From positions 10,168,001 to 10,232,000 of the forward strand of contig CM035350.1 of assembly GCA_020137815.1 (NCBI GenBank): a DNA stretch of 64,000 nt. The letters are read 5' to 3'. The notes below the pieces were generated by a model that was given only the letters and a program-made list of their open reading frames with translations, was not told the DNA's origin and ran no database searches. A program made the translations under genes and the position numbers. Shown here piece after piece: positions 45,601 through 59,469 of this stretch. Each line of letters starts with the position of its first letter. Within the stretch, counting starts at the first letter, position 1. Origin of the DNA: Hormiphora californensis (lineage: Eukaryota; Animalia; Ctenophora).

Positions 45601-48564
45601 AACAGCTAATTCATTTCATGCATTTAAAATCGCACATACTAAATATCCACCCAACATCTCCCATGATAATGGCTTCAAAAAAATTAATACAACTGAGACA
45701 CGGAGAGAATGCTTTCTCGAAACATTCCAATTAAATGTAACCATGGTAACACTTCTCCCCCAGGTTCAGCCAAACATCAGAGGACCAAACAATCAGTTGC
45801 TTCATATCACTGGTGTACAAGCTAACTGAGAAGGATTTCCTGCCGCTCCTAATTTCACTGCTAGAGTGGTCAGAAGAAACGGTTGCAAAGGGAATCACCT
45901 TCTTCAATCTTACCTCCCAGCTTTCTGGCAAATTGCAGGTTCGTATTTACACTGCTTCTTCTGGTGTTCTGTCAAAGTGCTGGCATCGTCTGAAAGATGT
46001 AATTTTATAATTGGTATCGCCCACGATTATTCATTTTTTTCTGAACTCATGCGGCACTCTTTCCTCTCAGGGATTATTCCTCTTGTTTGCCGGGTCTATC
46101 TTTGTGAGTTTGGTTGGGAAACTGGAATCTTGTAAACCCGATAATGCTGACTCAGGTAACTTGTTATCAACTACCTATCACACCCCTGTGTTGTTGTTGT
46201 TGTTGTTGTTGTATGCGCCTCCGCTTCCAATCCTCTACTTGTGATTTTATCCCGTCCGGCAGCCAGTTCCTCACGCCCGAGAAGGACGGAGCTCAGGTTC
46301 CAGAGTTTCCTCTTTCCCCCGGGAGAGTTTTCTTCCTCCGTCTTATGTCCATGGTTTTGGAGATAATGGTGGAATCGTCTCCCATAACTGCCTTGACAGG
46401 TCCCATGAAGAGGACCGCACCAGCACTGTTTTCACATTGTGCCAGTCTCGGATATCTCCAGCGATCCTTGGTGAGTGGCATCTCAGCATTGATCGCTTTA
46501 GATGTGGCCTTGGCTAGGACAATTCGGACGCTCCATTGACTATGGCACCTTTGTAGATTTTGCGCTGCCAACCTCTGATTTGTAATCAGTACTCCATGTG
46601 GGTTCATGGAACATCACTTTTTGTTCGTGATGCAGATGCAGCGTCCGGCCGTTCATGGGGTAGTTAGGGCAGGTTCCTTCCCAATTAACGGAACTCTGGC
46701 GTGTGAAATGTTTAGTGGGTTAGGTATCTATGTGCGTCACTCCATAGAAATTTGTTTTGTAGTGTGAGATAGTGGTTAGTACTGTGGATGGTTAACCTGA
46801 AGAGTTTACTTTTGTGTATTAATTGGGTGAATTTGTTCCAGTCAAGGTTCTCGTCTCCATAGATTTCCTCAACCACGTTTTGGTAGTTTAGTCTGTATCT
46901 AACCTCATCAAGTCTGGGGCAGTATATGATGACATGTTCTGAGTTCTCTCTGTTGGTAGCGAGTGATGATGTTGGTTTGTTACCATCATCGTTTGGTGAG
47001 GAAACGCCATTTGGGAATCTCCTACGCTTCTCTTGGACTTTTGAAGAAGCGTAGGTAGTAGCGAGGCTACTGGTTAGTGTAGTTTCTCCCTGTTGGGCTA
47101 TGGAAACACCCCTTGAGTTTATCTCGACCTCGGCGTGGGAATTTTGCCGAGAGTCGGTGGGAGCTAGGCTCCCGGTTTGAGTAGTCCTGAGGACTACTGT
47201 TAGGCCAGTTGAGATTTTGACCGCCTTCAGCCTGGACTTCTGCTGATGGGCGGTTTGTAGCTGCGCTACGGTATGGACGGTATGTAGCCAGACTACTTTG
47301 GCCCAATGCACTACTTGGGGAGCTGGTGACATGCCCGGCCGAGGGTATCTCTAGTCAGAGAGAGATGAGTCATGAGCGGATTAGAGAAAGGAAGAGAGAA
47401 AACACACCATCCAAGGAGGGCAGCTCTGTTGCCTTGGAGTGGTATGTGAGATGCTCCAGGCAGTTTCCTGAGCTTCATGGTTTACCCCGGGGTATGCCGG
47501 GTCACCCTTGAAGATTCCCTGCCTGGTTTGTAGGACACTATTGCTATCTAGAATGATAGACATTAGCCGCGGCCTGCATCTCAAATGCGTGGGAAGGAAT
47601 CTCACCCTCCACACCCCTGTGTATGTCCTTATTATCAACTCTCACTCCCATGATGGCAGCTCTAGCTCCCCCCCCCCCCCAAAGATAGCTTGTATTCATT
47701 CTAATTGTGTTTTTGTAGGGTTTGAGAGCAAGAAAAGGAAGAAAAGTGGTATGGAGTTTATTGGAGAGTTGGAAAAGTATTGTCTAGTTACACTCTTCAA
47801 CATTTTGAAGTTTGATACTACTCACACCTTCCTCACTGCTGACAGGTATGTGCTTGTTGGTTTTAAGGGGTTTTGTTTGTTTGAAAAGTAATGTTATACT
47901 ACGGTGTACGATTCTAGACAACCTAGTAGAGATCTGCCTGTCTGTGAGATTATCCCTGTTCTGCTGTACAGATGGCGTGTGTGCGTGTGTATGTAAGGAG
48001 AAATTAAAATTAGAAAACGAAGTATAGAATTTTAATTTTTGGTATGGTTCAAAGAGAGTTCTAATAGAGATGAAATATTATTGGAGAGTGAGAGTCTAGT
48101 TGAAATTTCTTCCTGCCGCGCATCCACATTATGCGGATGCACGGCAGGAAGGTGTGCATCTGCATTAAAAATTTCGGTCGATGTTCACAACACTCCTACC
48201 CAGGTTCGATTCTATTATGCCGGTCCTTCTGGACCTGATCAGCTCTCCTGACATCACCCACCTACTCCCTGCACTCTCGGAGCTACCCATCGCGGCCAAC
48301 AACCCCAGACTCTGGAAACAGTTCAACTTCCAACTACTCTCCCGAGCCAAATCCATCGAGCCCCGGGTCCGACAAAACGTTGCCTCGGTCTACCTTGACT
48401 TTGTATCTAAGATGGGGCAGAGTTACTCTGATCTTCTCTCTGATTCCCTGCCCTTCATCGCGGAGCTGCTAGAGGACTCTGATGAAGGAGTGGAGGGGAC
48501 TGTGAAGGAGATAGTGGAGAAGATCGAGGAAGTGACGGGAGAATCAATGGATCAACATCTCTAA
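33644..48564 (+). CDS. HEATR1: HEAT repeat-containing protein 1 (UTP10/BAP28), multi-exon
   Basis: N-term MTLLSQQLQKL...SLIF...IGCNGLEELI...FERS and ALEWLVRLYKIH; IFTFMG..IRRDDNYS; LPHIPSHR; LVYKLTEKDFLPL (BP28CT region); C-term LPFIAELLED...GESMDQHL. Exons approx 33644-35316, 35415-35649, 36706-36978, 37092-37475, 37554-37883, 37965-38288, 38406-38605, 38761-38896, 39001-39133, 40442-40581, 40716-40844, 40983-41102, 41326-41592, 45764-45938, 46071-46155, 47719-47845 and ~48204-48564; 41600-42300 unresolved. Confidence 0.93.
35780..36723. repeat. 44-45 bp tandem array of the HEATR1 intron 2/exon 3 junction, 22 copies
   Basis: Unit CTACTAACACATCTTATCTCCCTCCTCAG|TTTGAGTACCGTCCC. Confidence 0.97.
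39292..40314 (+). CDS. Intronless rhodopsin-like 7TM GPCR nested in a HEATR1 intron (39134-40441)
   Basis: Seven hydrophobic segments; TM1 VNSLVI, TM2 LFVAVAIAD, TM3 end LSVLKCINIKFPFY, TM4 Trp, TM5 Pro, TM7 LPLVNCALYP followed by helix 8. Confidence 0.88.
   Translation: MEPSYELMARVTTIISPIIFLICIYVILVNSLVIWGYFRVESKTRVTFLFVAVAIADISIAANIGLRSIFSWFCLFGQELPTIITAVFLSGGMCSYNLSNFYHVTLSVLKCINIKFPFYQVNFNRVKQILIVATVIWVCLSAGDLALYLSLQDNNVLSGSCNAQWTLFHHYEVIGNGVALYLAHNHGVSVTRNTLVHIVAVQYVAPCIIIAVSMAIQINSIRSSMMASETISHVTGTVIIISALYLGSNGTYAVFTLLEVDLSSHHVVQTTELVLKFILPLVNCALYPMAIIMRKEALRTRYLGIIRAIFRRRENKKGGYKSVSKIDPDDTLTTAIQDSD
42679..45514 (+). CDS. Secreted mosaic protein (ricin-B-like repeats, 7 ephrin-receptor-like Cys repeats, C-terminal Ig) nested in HEATR1; apparent frameshifts in exons 2-3
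   Basis: Signal peptide MRSSLVLLVFLVGASTG; exons ~42679-42890, 42993-43339, 43440-43747 and ~43898-45514; QKF-type motifs; seven C..G...C..CP.NT(Y/F)...C..CP.G...G...C units; NAGKYRCQA Ig F-strand; no TM. Confidence 0.8.
46712..47330 (-). mobile_element. Degenerate non-LTR retrotransposon C-terminal remnant in a HEATR1 intron
   Basis: ENSEHVIIYCPRLDEVR resembles the E..H....CP zinc-knuckle end of LINE ORF2; surrounding frames are broken. Confidence 0.4.
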
Positions 48565-49007
48565 ATTAATAATCTCTTTTTATATTCTTAACAAAGTATT
48601 TTCCAACTTTGTACGTGATGGGTGAAACAAAGGAGGTAGCATGAAATTTAATTAATTCATTTGGGAAACAAGGGGAAACTGCATTCTTTAAATAGAGACA
48701 GCCATCATCGTCAGATACAAATATACAGTAGGAATTAATCACCTGTTGCAATTAAATAATTCATGGCACGTCTTCTTATAAATATCTCAGAGAGAGTTTC
48801 ATCATCATTTTAAATAAAACGCATTCTCACAACAAATCACGATCGCTCTTTCTCTGCAGTCACGATCAAACTCTTTTTCAATCTTTCAACTCTAAACTGT
48901 TCATGTCTAACATGTTTTGTTGAACAATAAATCTAAACGAGATCGAGTTAAAGAACGTCATTAAAAATATCTTAAAAACTTGCATCGCACAAACTCTCTC
49001 TCTTTCA

Positions 49008-49097
<90 letters not shown>

Positions 49098-49136
49098 GTG
49101 TTACTTACAAACAAACAAACTCGGGAGGGGCATTGT

Positions 49137-51779
49137 TCACTTTTTCACTCTGCTATCTGAGTTGAGACTCAGCTTGATCTCTTCGTTGGGATAATGCTCT
49201 AACATCTGGAGGGCGGTCTGTTGGTTCTTGTTAAGGTCATTCACATTTAGGTCTCGTTGTTTTAGCAGCATCTTTACACACATCGCCTGGGACTTTGCGA
49301 CGGCCATGTGCAGGGGAGAGTAACCTGGACGGGGAATGATGTTAGTAACCTGCAGATATACATCCTTTTCTTCAGCTCTCTCGTTAGACAGAAAACATAA
49401 TGAAAGCCATCTCTTTTCGACGTTCATTAGTAATATTATTGTATGCGGAAGGGAGTAGAGCTGACTCCAAGTTGTTATTTGGGTCTACTTGGAACCTATA
49501 ACCTACCTCCAGCGCTCTGTTTATTTGGGTCTACTTGGAACTTATAACCTACCTCCAGCGCTCTGTTTGTTTGGGTCTGCCCCCTTGTTAAGAAGCATCT
49601 CAGTGGTGGCGGTGTGTCCGTTAGTTACTGCTTTTATCAGGGGCGTCTCCCCATATCCATCATGTGCATCCTTCTTGGCCTTCTCTTTCAGCAGCACCTT
49701 GACAATGTCCGTCCTACCCAGCATCGCTGCATAACCTGAGGGATGGAGGGTTTTAAAAAGAATGGTATTGTTGTCATGTGACTGTAAGCATAGCAACCAT
49801 CTATCAATAGTATTGATGCCATATAATAATGTGTGACTGTAGTTAGTGATAAATAATCTTGTATTGTCAATGTCGCATAGGGCCCAGTTGCTATTGATAC
49901 TACACATAACAACACAACAACGTACCGAGGGGAGTGTATCCAGAGCGGGCCCGTTCGTTTACATCGAGTTGCTTGTGCTCCAGGAGAAGTTTCGTTATGT
50001 CCTTGAACCCACAGTCAATAGCAACCATTATCGGGGGATCGGACTTGTAGGTAGACGTCTGCACACTATAACACAAGGGTGTGATGTGATATGATTGATG
50101 TTGTCTTACGAGAACGAACTAAGAATGGCAGATTATGATATTATTGGTTTGGTTGAGCTATGTATATAATAATGTTTTAAGTTCTTACCTTGCGCCGTAC
50201 GCTATACATTTCTCAATACCCCTCATATCTCTTACCTTGCGCCGTACGCTATACATTTCTCAATTCCTCTCATGTCTCTGTTCTTGATAGCATCCATCAG
50301 CTTCTGTTCTGTCTTGCTGTTGTTGTTAAACCGTCCCCCGGCATTCGAGTTGAGTACTGCTGGTCCATCTCCAGCTGAAATAGAGAGGTGTTAGTACACA
50401 GTACACACTACAAATAGAGAGGGAGGCGAGCAGTGCTCACTGAGCACAGTTCTACTACCTTCTTGGATTTGTGTTATTATACAGCTTGTATTATATGTTA
50501 TAGCCGGCACGGTGATATATTATAGCGCAACAAAAAGCGGGGCTAGTTCGCATCGCATGGCACACTTACTCTTGCCACCGTTATTGCAGGTGGCAACTAG
50601 ACACCTTGGTTCCTCATATGCCAGACTCGGCCCCGCCTGACTAGTATTAGCACCCGCTGCAACACGTGTGATATTGGAGTTGGTGTGATTAGTGGAGTGA
50701 TGGTAACGATGGCAACTTGTTGGTTACTATGGTAACATGTTGTTTAGATTCGAACCTGCGTTGTCTGTACGGAATGCACCAAGAACACCAGGTGATTGGT
50801 AGTTGAAATCCCCCATGATAATTACACAGGGGCTGCACAGGAATACAGGAAGACACTAAACGAGTTGGTGAACTACAGTAGTGAACTGCTAAATACTAAT
50901 TTCTAAACTTGTGGGTTCCGTAAAGCAAAACAAAGTGGTTAGTGGAAGCTCTTACGGTTTTGAGCCGCGCACTGCTCAAATCCTGTGCTCTGATTGGCTG
51001 ACATTTCGCGCGTTCGAAATTTGAAATTTCAACCAATCACAGTTCAGGATTTGAGCCATGTGTGCGGCTCAAAACCGTAAGAGCTTCCACTAGGTGATTG
51101 TATAAAGTTAGACTGCTGCAGTATGTTGCTGAAGACTGAGAGATCAGAGAGCTATTAGTCTGTTTGATGTGAAGCTACAAATGAGGCCAGGATAATGATA
51201 AAGCTCTCTTTCTTTCTTTGTGTCTATCTTTATATACAGAACACGGATCATAACGGTTTTAATTTACTACACACCTGACCTCTCACAAACTCTTGCTTTC
51301 TTCCTTCTCTACTATTCCTAATAAGTATCTTTTTCATCAATAATAAGCTCTGTAATGTGTGTGATGTAGATCCATGCATATATCACTGTTACAGCAGGAA
51401 CTATATATATGAACATATATGAACTCTATAAACTAGCAATGTTTCACAGCCACAACACATGAAACACACACAGCACACACAGATCCATTACACACAGCCA
51501 CAACACATGAAACACACAGCACACACATCCATTACACACAGCCACAACACATGAAACACACACAAGCACACACAGATCCATTACACACAGCCACAACACA
51601 TGAAACACACACAGCACACACAGATCCATTACACACAGCCACAACACATGAAACACACACAGCACACACCATTACCGTCCACAGGGTGTATTGTAGAACT
51701 GGGACTATGGTCCCCTAGCTGACCCCCGTTCAGTCGGGGGTTAAACGAGTCGAGGATTAAATTTGGCATGGGTATTATA
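49137..51779 (-). CDS. Ankyrin-repeat protein, 3' exons; 5' end unresolved (possible further exon ~54747-54850)
   Basis: Exons 49324-49137 (GYSPLHMAV), 49735-49553 (AAMLGRTDIVKVLL, GETPLIKAV..GH), 50058-49926 (PPIMVAI..G...GYTPL), 50374-50236, 50636-50570 and probably 51779-51676; converges on HEATR1. Confidence 0.75.
50940..51092. mobile_element. Short palindromic MITE
   Basis: TAGTGGAAGCTCTTACGGTTTTGAGCCGC...GCGGCTCAAAACCGTAAGAGCTTCCACTA. Confidence 0.8.
51444..51675. repeat. CA-rich ~45-48 bp minisatellite
   Basis: About 5 copies of CACAGCCACAACACATGAAACACACACAGCACACACAGATCCATTACA. Confidence 0.9.
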
Positions 51780-52192
51780 CTGGAATCAAACACGTGTAGT
51801 GCGTGTAATAACACCTAGCATGGGTATTATACTGGAATCAAACACGTGTAGTGCGTGTAATAACACCTAGCATGGGTATTATACTGGAATCAGACACGTG
51901 TAATAACACCTAGCATGGGTATTATACTGGAATCAGACACGTGTAGTGCGTGTAATAACACCTAGCATGGGTATTATACTGGAATCAAACACGTGTAGTG
52001 CGTGTAATAACACCTAGCATGGGTATTATACTGGAATCAAACACGTGTAGTGCGTGTAATAACACCTAGCATGGGTATTATACTGGAATCAAACACGTGT
52101 AATAACACCTAGCATGGGTATTATACTGGAATCAAACACGTGTAGTGCGTGTAATAACACCTAGATGGGTATTATACTGGAATCAAACACGT
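51766..52192. repeat. 43/52-bp tandem array, 9 copies
   Basis: Unit GCATGGGTATTATACTGGAATCAAACACGTGTAGTGCGTGTAATAACACCTA. Confidence 0.95.
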
Positions 52193-52959
52193 TATTAGGT
52201 AATAACACATAGATCAATCAAACACGTGTCTAAATAAACGGCGGTTTAAGAACTGGACACACCCACAACAACCCAAGATTGGAAAAAAATAACAGAAAAT
52301 TCAGGAAAGAATAAAACCGATCAACGACCATCTATACTGATCAACACAGAGGCACTAATGACAAGGCATAACCGTCCAGGGTATGTAGAAATGGGAAGGT
52401 CCCAAGTGACCGTAAATTGAAGCGAGGGTAAACGGTCGAATAACTGGAGGGTAGTAATGGAGCAAAACGGTAAAAATAGAGGGAGTAATACGAAACATGG
52501 TAAGAGATACTAAAGGGATATATGGAAGATGAAGAACAGGTAGTGCGTGAAGCAACGGGCATGGGTAGTATGGTCAAATCGTGTAGGCGTTTAAACCCGA
52601 ACTGCATTAGACCGTGAAACGGCGGTATGTAATGGAAATCAGCGATAACAAGATAGAGACTTTGGGAATCAAGGAAATTGGGGAGAGAAGTAATTTCGGT
52701 CAGAAGAACTAAGACTTTATCCCTCCTATTGTCACCCATGGAGCCTCATTAGCGACGAGAGAATAGCTGATTGACAGTCGAGAGCATAGGAGGAAGGCGA
52801 ATAGACGAACATAGGGTGGGGAGTACACCGACCACACCTTAGCAACTTCTTCACCCTCTAACTGACTCCAAACATCTATGCGACACGCAAGAATGTGTTT
52901 CTGTCTTCCTCTATCTTCCTCTCTCTCTCTGTCTTTCTCTTTCTCTCTCTCCCTAGCTA

Positions 52960-52994
<35 letters not shown>

Positions 52995-53726
52995 TATCTA
53001 TCCCCTATAGTTCTCTCCCTAAAGCTATCTATCCCTACATCTTTCTCTCCCTCTCGTTCCGTCTCTCGCAGTGTCTATATGGAGTGAGAGAGGGAGAGAG
53101 AGAGAGAGAGAGGGAGGAACACTCAATGGATAATGTGTGTTGGGATGTGTGTAGAGGGTGTGTGTTGGCTCTCTTTATCTAACTGTACATATATCTCTCT
53201 CGGTCCCCCTCCCTCGCTCTCCTTTTTCTTTTGCGACTAAAATTTCCATATTGCAAAATGTTTGCAGGAAGAGCCAAAATTTAAGCATAGTGTGTACCAG
53301 AGCATCATATCATAAAATGCTCAACTCTTTGCGAATGTGCGTGAAAGAAAGTTGGAAATGTAGATGGAAGCATCCCTAGGGTCCCTTATTGAGTCTTACG
53401 ATAGCAAGGAAACACAACAAAAACTACTATAACACGGTGTGTGCTTTTTACAGCAGAGGATACAGGGAGCTAATTAAGGACCTAAATTAAACGGACAAGT
53501 ACTAAAAGAATTGTGCAAGGCTAAAAACAAGAAAACGTGAACTTATAACGAACACAAAATGTGGTGCAAGTTTATACACTGGAGATAGTATAGAGAGGGC
53601 CTGCGGGCATGTGTTTAGGCTATAATTGTCACACGCCGAATCTTTGATTACCTTGGCCTTTCTGCATCTCCCTCTCCCTCCCTCTCTTTCTCTCTCCACA
53701 TCTCTCCCTCTCTCTCCACATCTCTC

Positions 53727-54113
<387 letters not shown>

Positions 54114-57100
54114 CTTGGTTTTTGACAATAACAATACGATAAGTTTCCTTCTGCTATTAAGCTCTTTATATGACTCCTCTCTCTCTCTATGTTTCTCTCA
54201 TCTATTTCTCTATTTTCCCTCATCTATTTCTCTAAGTCAAGTAAGTCATTTCTCTATTTTCTCTCCAATCGCTCAGTCGCTCTCCAAATTAACTCTTTTT
54301 CACTCTACTTTCTCAAAATATATGCCGGAATTAAAGCATTGAAACAGGATTCCATAATTGTTTCCGATATTTCTTATCTGTCATAAATTAGGGATCGTGT
54401 TTCTTAGATTGAGACGAATCGAGAAACAGTGCTTTCAAAAAATTATCCAACGCTCAACGGCATGATTTTCTCGAAGAAATTCTCAAAGAAGAACAATTAG
54501 CACATGATGCCAGAATTATGTGTATAAGAATAACTCGGCCATTTGATCAGGTATGAAGAGAGAGACAATGAAGATGAGGGATGTGAGAAGGGATGCTGGT
54601 AAAATTATTTGCAGGGATGATGTGGTGGCCGGAAATTAGTCACAGGCCAATGTGGAAACACACAGCAATCACAGCTCACAGCAATGAAACAAGGCATGAA
54701 AATGATTAAAACGAGGATTTCACCTCAAGTACTACTTAGTACTTACTGTAGTGGTTTGAGGAGGGAGAAGGGCACTGGTGGTGGTTATCTGAAGTCCCAT
54801 TGGTTGATTCAGCCTTCTGTTGGTTGCTTGCGGAGGGGGATGTGGAACCTCCTCCTCCTCCTTGGATGAATAAAAAGGCGGGGCTAACCGAGAAAGACAT
54901 AGTTGTTCATCATTGTTGATCCATTATGTGGAGAGCTGGTTTCTAATAAATGAGGTTTCCAACATGAAATTAAAAGTTAAGGAACATTCTTCAGAGCTTC
55001 TCAAGGCAGCAATATACGTTAATAGAGTTAGAAAGAATTAAGTTGTTAAGGACTGGAAAACCAAAAGTTAACTAACACAAGAAACACAAGTTGTCAAAAA
55101 ATAAGGTAAAGGGTTAAGACACAAAACATATGGTAAAGGGTAAAGCAAGATTTACAAGTAGTTACTAAGTTAGATATTGTCAGATAAGGATCTGATTTAT
55201 ACCAGTTAGATATTGTCAGATAAGGATCTGGCTACAAGATATATATTGCGAGATAAGGACGTGGTGTAACTGGACCTCATGACGCACGTTGTTTCGCTAA
55301 AGAGGAGTTAGTAACGACACTACTAAGGACCTGTTACTAGATCTAAATATTATAAGGTGGATACCTGTAAGCTGAAACTAAGGAGAATTGATTGCAGGAA
55401 TGTGTAGCTGAATGTGTAGTGGCATCAAACTAGACATTTGGTGGTTTGACTTTGGAGTCATGGGATGAATACCATTTACTAACAGCAGCTTCTCTCTAAC
55501 AATCTTTGCTAAGTTGGGTAGAGAACAGTAGCTGGTGAGGAAGTAAAAGAATAAAGAGCTTTATAGACGTGGGCAATCGTATCTTGATTATTTAACTTTG
55601 GTGGATTTTGAACTTTCAAAATAAAGAAAGTATGCAAACAGACATTTTATAACAGTATTGTATGCACTATGCTTCCTGACAGGCATAATCGCATATAGGC
55701 GTATAGAAGTTGAAGGCATACAATGTGTAAAATGTGACTGTACATTGTGACTGTACATTGTGACTGTACATTGTTTGGTATTTGGTAGGCGTGTCACAGC
55801 TTATTGTTCTACAAGTACAAATCTACAAGTATACAACGAGAAAATGAAGATGTTGGCAGATAGAGAGCGAGACTGAGTAGAGAGAGATGGGTGTTAGGGT
55901 GAGTCTGGTACTTGTGTGTAATACATGACAGTATTATAGAAGAGCTCTTTGATGTGTATTTGCTGTGTGTATTATACACTTGCCGTGCTGGGTATATCTT
56001 TTGATCGGATAGCGTAGTGGTATAGGGTTTTTTATATACTCAACAAGGTCTTGTATAGTGCAGCTGATGAGGACTGGTGGTATGTCATATGCAGTACCGA
56101 TATATAGTGAAGATGGTGCTGGTTATACACATGATAGTAATCAATATGATTAGTTATCACGGGGCTATATGAGTTAGCGATATGTGATGTTAGGTGATGT
56201 ACCAAATAATTTGTTGAGTAAGGGGTGACATGTACCAAAGGTTCTGCGTCTTTCTTGACGACGGTTCACGATGACGATGGGGTTTTTATCATACAACACA
56301 GGCAATATACGAGTATTAATCAACTGACTTGGCTTACATATTGGAATGGCTCGTTTGGAATGGATGGCTAACAAAGTCCTACTAACTACTTATATGTCTA
56401 CAATGGCTTCTACTGATTCCAATATATAGCCTGCACTTATATTCCTGTATTATGTCGAGTATGATTTGGCTGATTATCATGGGGTATTGGAGGCATGCTG
56501 ATTGCAGTTATGTACTCAAATCAAGCCTCTGATTATATTTGATGGGTCTCATACAGAGACTGCAGAGTTCTGTATTTACAGTTATTAATTAAAACTCATA
56601 CTCATTATGTATGTGCAATGTGCATACTCATTAGATATAATAATTACAAACAGCTGATGGCAAAATTATGGGAATCAGCCTCCGAAGCTATAGTCAAATA
56701 TACCAAAATGTATTCTCTATCCTCTTAGATTAAAATTAGAATTTTCACTCATTCAGAAATCGAGGGGTTTCAATAAAAGATCTTTGCAAAGCAGCTCTCT
56801 TTTCTATCTCCCTATTTCCTAATAGTGATCTCCCTGAAGCAACTTGACGCGAAAGCCTTTGAACTAGCAGAATGTGTGGCGGTATATGTACCAGTAAAGC
56901 AGGTAGAATCTACCTAGAATTACTGTAGATACACTAGATAGAAGCTGCCAATTAGCACTCCTCTTTATTACAGTACTGATTAGCATTAGTAGTACCATGT
57001 ATGATATATACTGTACAGATGACGCAAGACATTCTGCAAATTTCAGCAACACTTCCTTGCATACAATACAACTCCTATTGTCTAGAGACAATGAGAGAGA

Positions 57101-58084
57101 AGTATAGAGAGAGCTGTCTCTCGTACTACTAATAATTCTCATGGCCCATATGATTTTAATTATCACTATGACGTAGCATGGGACGCTTTACAAAAATTAG
57201 TATTTTAGTTGCTGTGAATTGGGGATGAAGTTGAAAAGTACACGACTAAGTTCCAAATTACTATTGGTGAAGTAGTACTGTAGTAGTGCAATGAAATAGC
57301 AGTAGTGGTAATGTGAAAAGGCCCTGCACTGGTAGGACTGTTAAATAGGCAGGGGAGGAAGTTGTAATTATTACTAATTAGTACACTACCAAATTAAAAC
57401 ACTAGCAACTAGGAGAACAGCGTTCCCAACGAGAGATTGAGAACGGCTAACAATTTTTGGAAAAACAATGTAACAGTAGTCACTGCGCTGGCAAGCGCAG
57501 AGTTGGTCATTAATTCACCATGGTAACCAACTAGAAAATATGGACATGTGACGCATGTCCAAAAACAATATGTGTTGGAAAAGTGAAAATTAGCTTGGGT
57601 CAGAAATGCGATAAATTGCAACAGAGGATAATTTGGAGGTGTTAAAGAAAGCCGTAAAAATAGGGAGGCATTATGAGGCTGTACATGAGGTATAGGACAA
57701 AGGGGGCAGACACAAGACATTATAAAACGAGGGGGAGGCAGACATTATAAAAGGTTCCTAGTACTACTATACCAGTGTACAAATAGAGCTAAACGATGTG
57801 ACGTGTGATGTGCAGGTGCAGCTACACACGTGTAAAGAGTATAACTACACGGCAAGTTCAAACCTATTCAGCATGTCAGTATAATGTTGCAAATACAAAA
57901 TTAGTTTTATTACATCTTATGTATACATCCTATTATTTCAAACTTTTCAACACTACTTTAAACAAATTAATTTGAGGTTCCGTTCAACTGCTCCTCGTTA
58001 CTCTTCTAAGACTTCTGCTCAATCCCCCTCTTTTCAAGACAAGACAAGCCTGGTGTTCCTGTCTCTTTCTAAGTTGGGCAGATC

Positions 58085-59469
58085 TTGGGAGACCTCGTTG
58101 AGCCAAATCCAGGAAGCCAAATCTTGGTGGATCGGATCCTCGCGCCACTGTTACAGGATAGAATGTCGGGATTGGCACCCCAGTATGAAAGTGGAACGAA
58201 GAAGGACTTCGAAGGTAAGCTCCTTGTCACGAGCTTCTCTGACAAATGTAAAGGCAGTACAGTGTGGAAGAAATTGGAGGAGGATGCTGGTACCCCGGGT
58301 GAGACTATGGATGCTCCAGGTGGACCTACGAAGAAGGATCTTTGGCAGATGTTGATTATGTGTTACCGGATGCTTCCGGACAGTTCCCGGTGTCCTACAC
58401 CATCATCAGATTCTGGAGTCTCGATTTCAAGTGATGATCTGAAGGATGGTTTCTCAAAACTGAAGCAAGAGTTGATGGATAGCCTACCTGGACTCATGGC
58501 CCCAGTAGTCAATGAGATATTGAAGAAGAACCGAGAGGAGAGTGAAGTAACGTGTAGTTCTGGTCAGCAGGAGAAGAAAGCTGCACCAGCTACCCCTGTG
58601 AAACGGTATATGAGCATCAAAGACAGCAATGAGGAAGGAGTGACACCAATGTGTGAGGAGAAGTGGAAAATGGTAGTGAAACCGAAGGTCGTGAAAGCTC
58701 TGAAGAACATCCCGTCTTGGACACTTCGGTGAACAGGAAGGGCACTCAGTTGTTTTTTGCAACTGATGATGACCTCAAAGAAGCAGAGAAAGTGCTGTCC
58801 CCGTTTCTGAATGTTACTCCGTTTGTTGAGAAGCAGAAGAAGATGGATCCTCGGGTATTGATTTCCGATCTGGACCATGACCTGTTGAACAAAGAGGTGC
58901 TATTGGACGCCATCTTGAGTGATAAGAATGAAGTGGTGAAGAGGCTATATGAGTCTGGGCAGGCTGTCAGTGTCATTCATGTTAACACTGCTGGGAGGTA
59001 TGCGGTGCTCAAGGTTACACCTGATATACGAGACGCCATTGCTGATAATCGAGATAGGATTTTCCTGAAGTTAAGACAGCACATTGTGAAGGACAGATTC
59101 TACGTTACTCAGTGTTTCCACTGCCAGCGTTATGGACACGTAGCTGGATCTGTCTATTGTCCGAGTAAAGATAAAAGCGCCACCTGTGCCTTCTGTGCAG
59201 GAGATCATGACACCAGACAATGTAGGGCGAAGAGTGGAAATGAACTCAATCGGATGAAGTGTGTAAACTGTGATGTTGGAGGTAGTAAGGATGACAAGAA
59301 GTATGCGAAATCCCATCCAGCATCAAGTAACTTGTGTCCGCATTATGTTAATGCTCGAGGAAGACTGATGGAAAACACAAGTGGTGTCAGTAAGGAGAGA
59401 AAAAACGCTTATCTGACGAGGGCGTGGGAGGAACTGAAGGTAAAGAGACGTGGCGTGTTGGCACACTAA
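58085..59469 (+). CDS. LINE ORF1 (gag-like, three CCHC-type knuckles), one frameshift at ~58712
   Basis: CFHCQRYGHVAGSVYC, CAFCAGDHDTRQC and CVNC...SHPASSNLC; adding one C to ATCCCGTC joins LKNIP to VLDTSVN. First ATG at 58163. Confidence 0.85.

Noticed and set aside
50756-50832. IIMGDFNY endonuclease-like motif fused to the ankyrin gene
   Set aside because: Isolated short match, and its splice phase does not fit the next exon.
52200-52860. 132-aa minus-strand ORF as a gene or recombinase
   Set aside because: No recognisable motifs; probably a decayed repeat.
58700-58735. Programmed frameshift inside LINE ORF1
   Set aside because: Explained by one missing C in a short run; no slippery motif.
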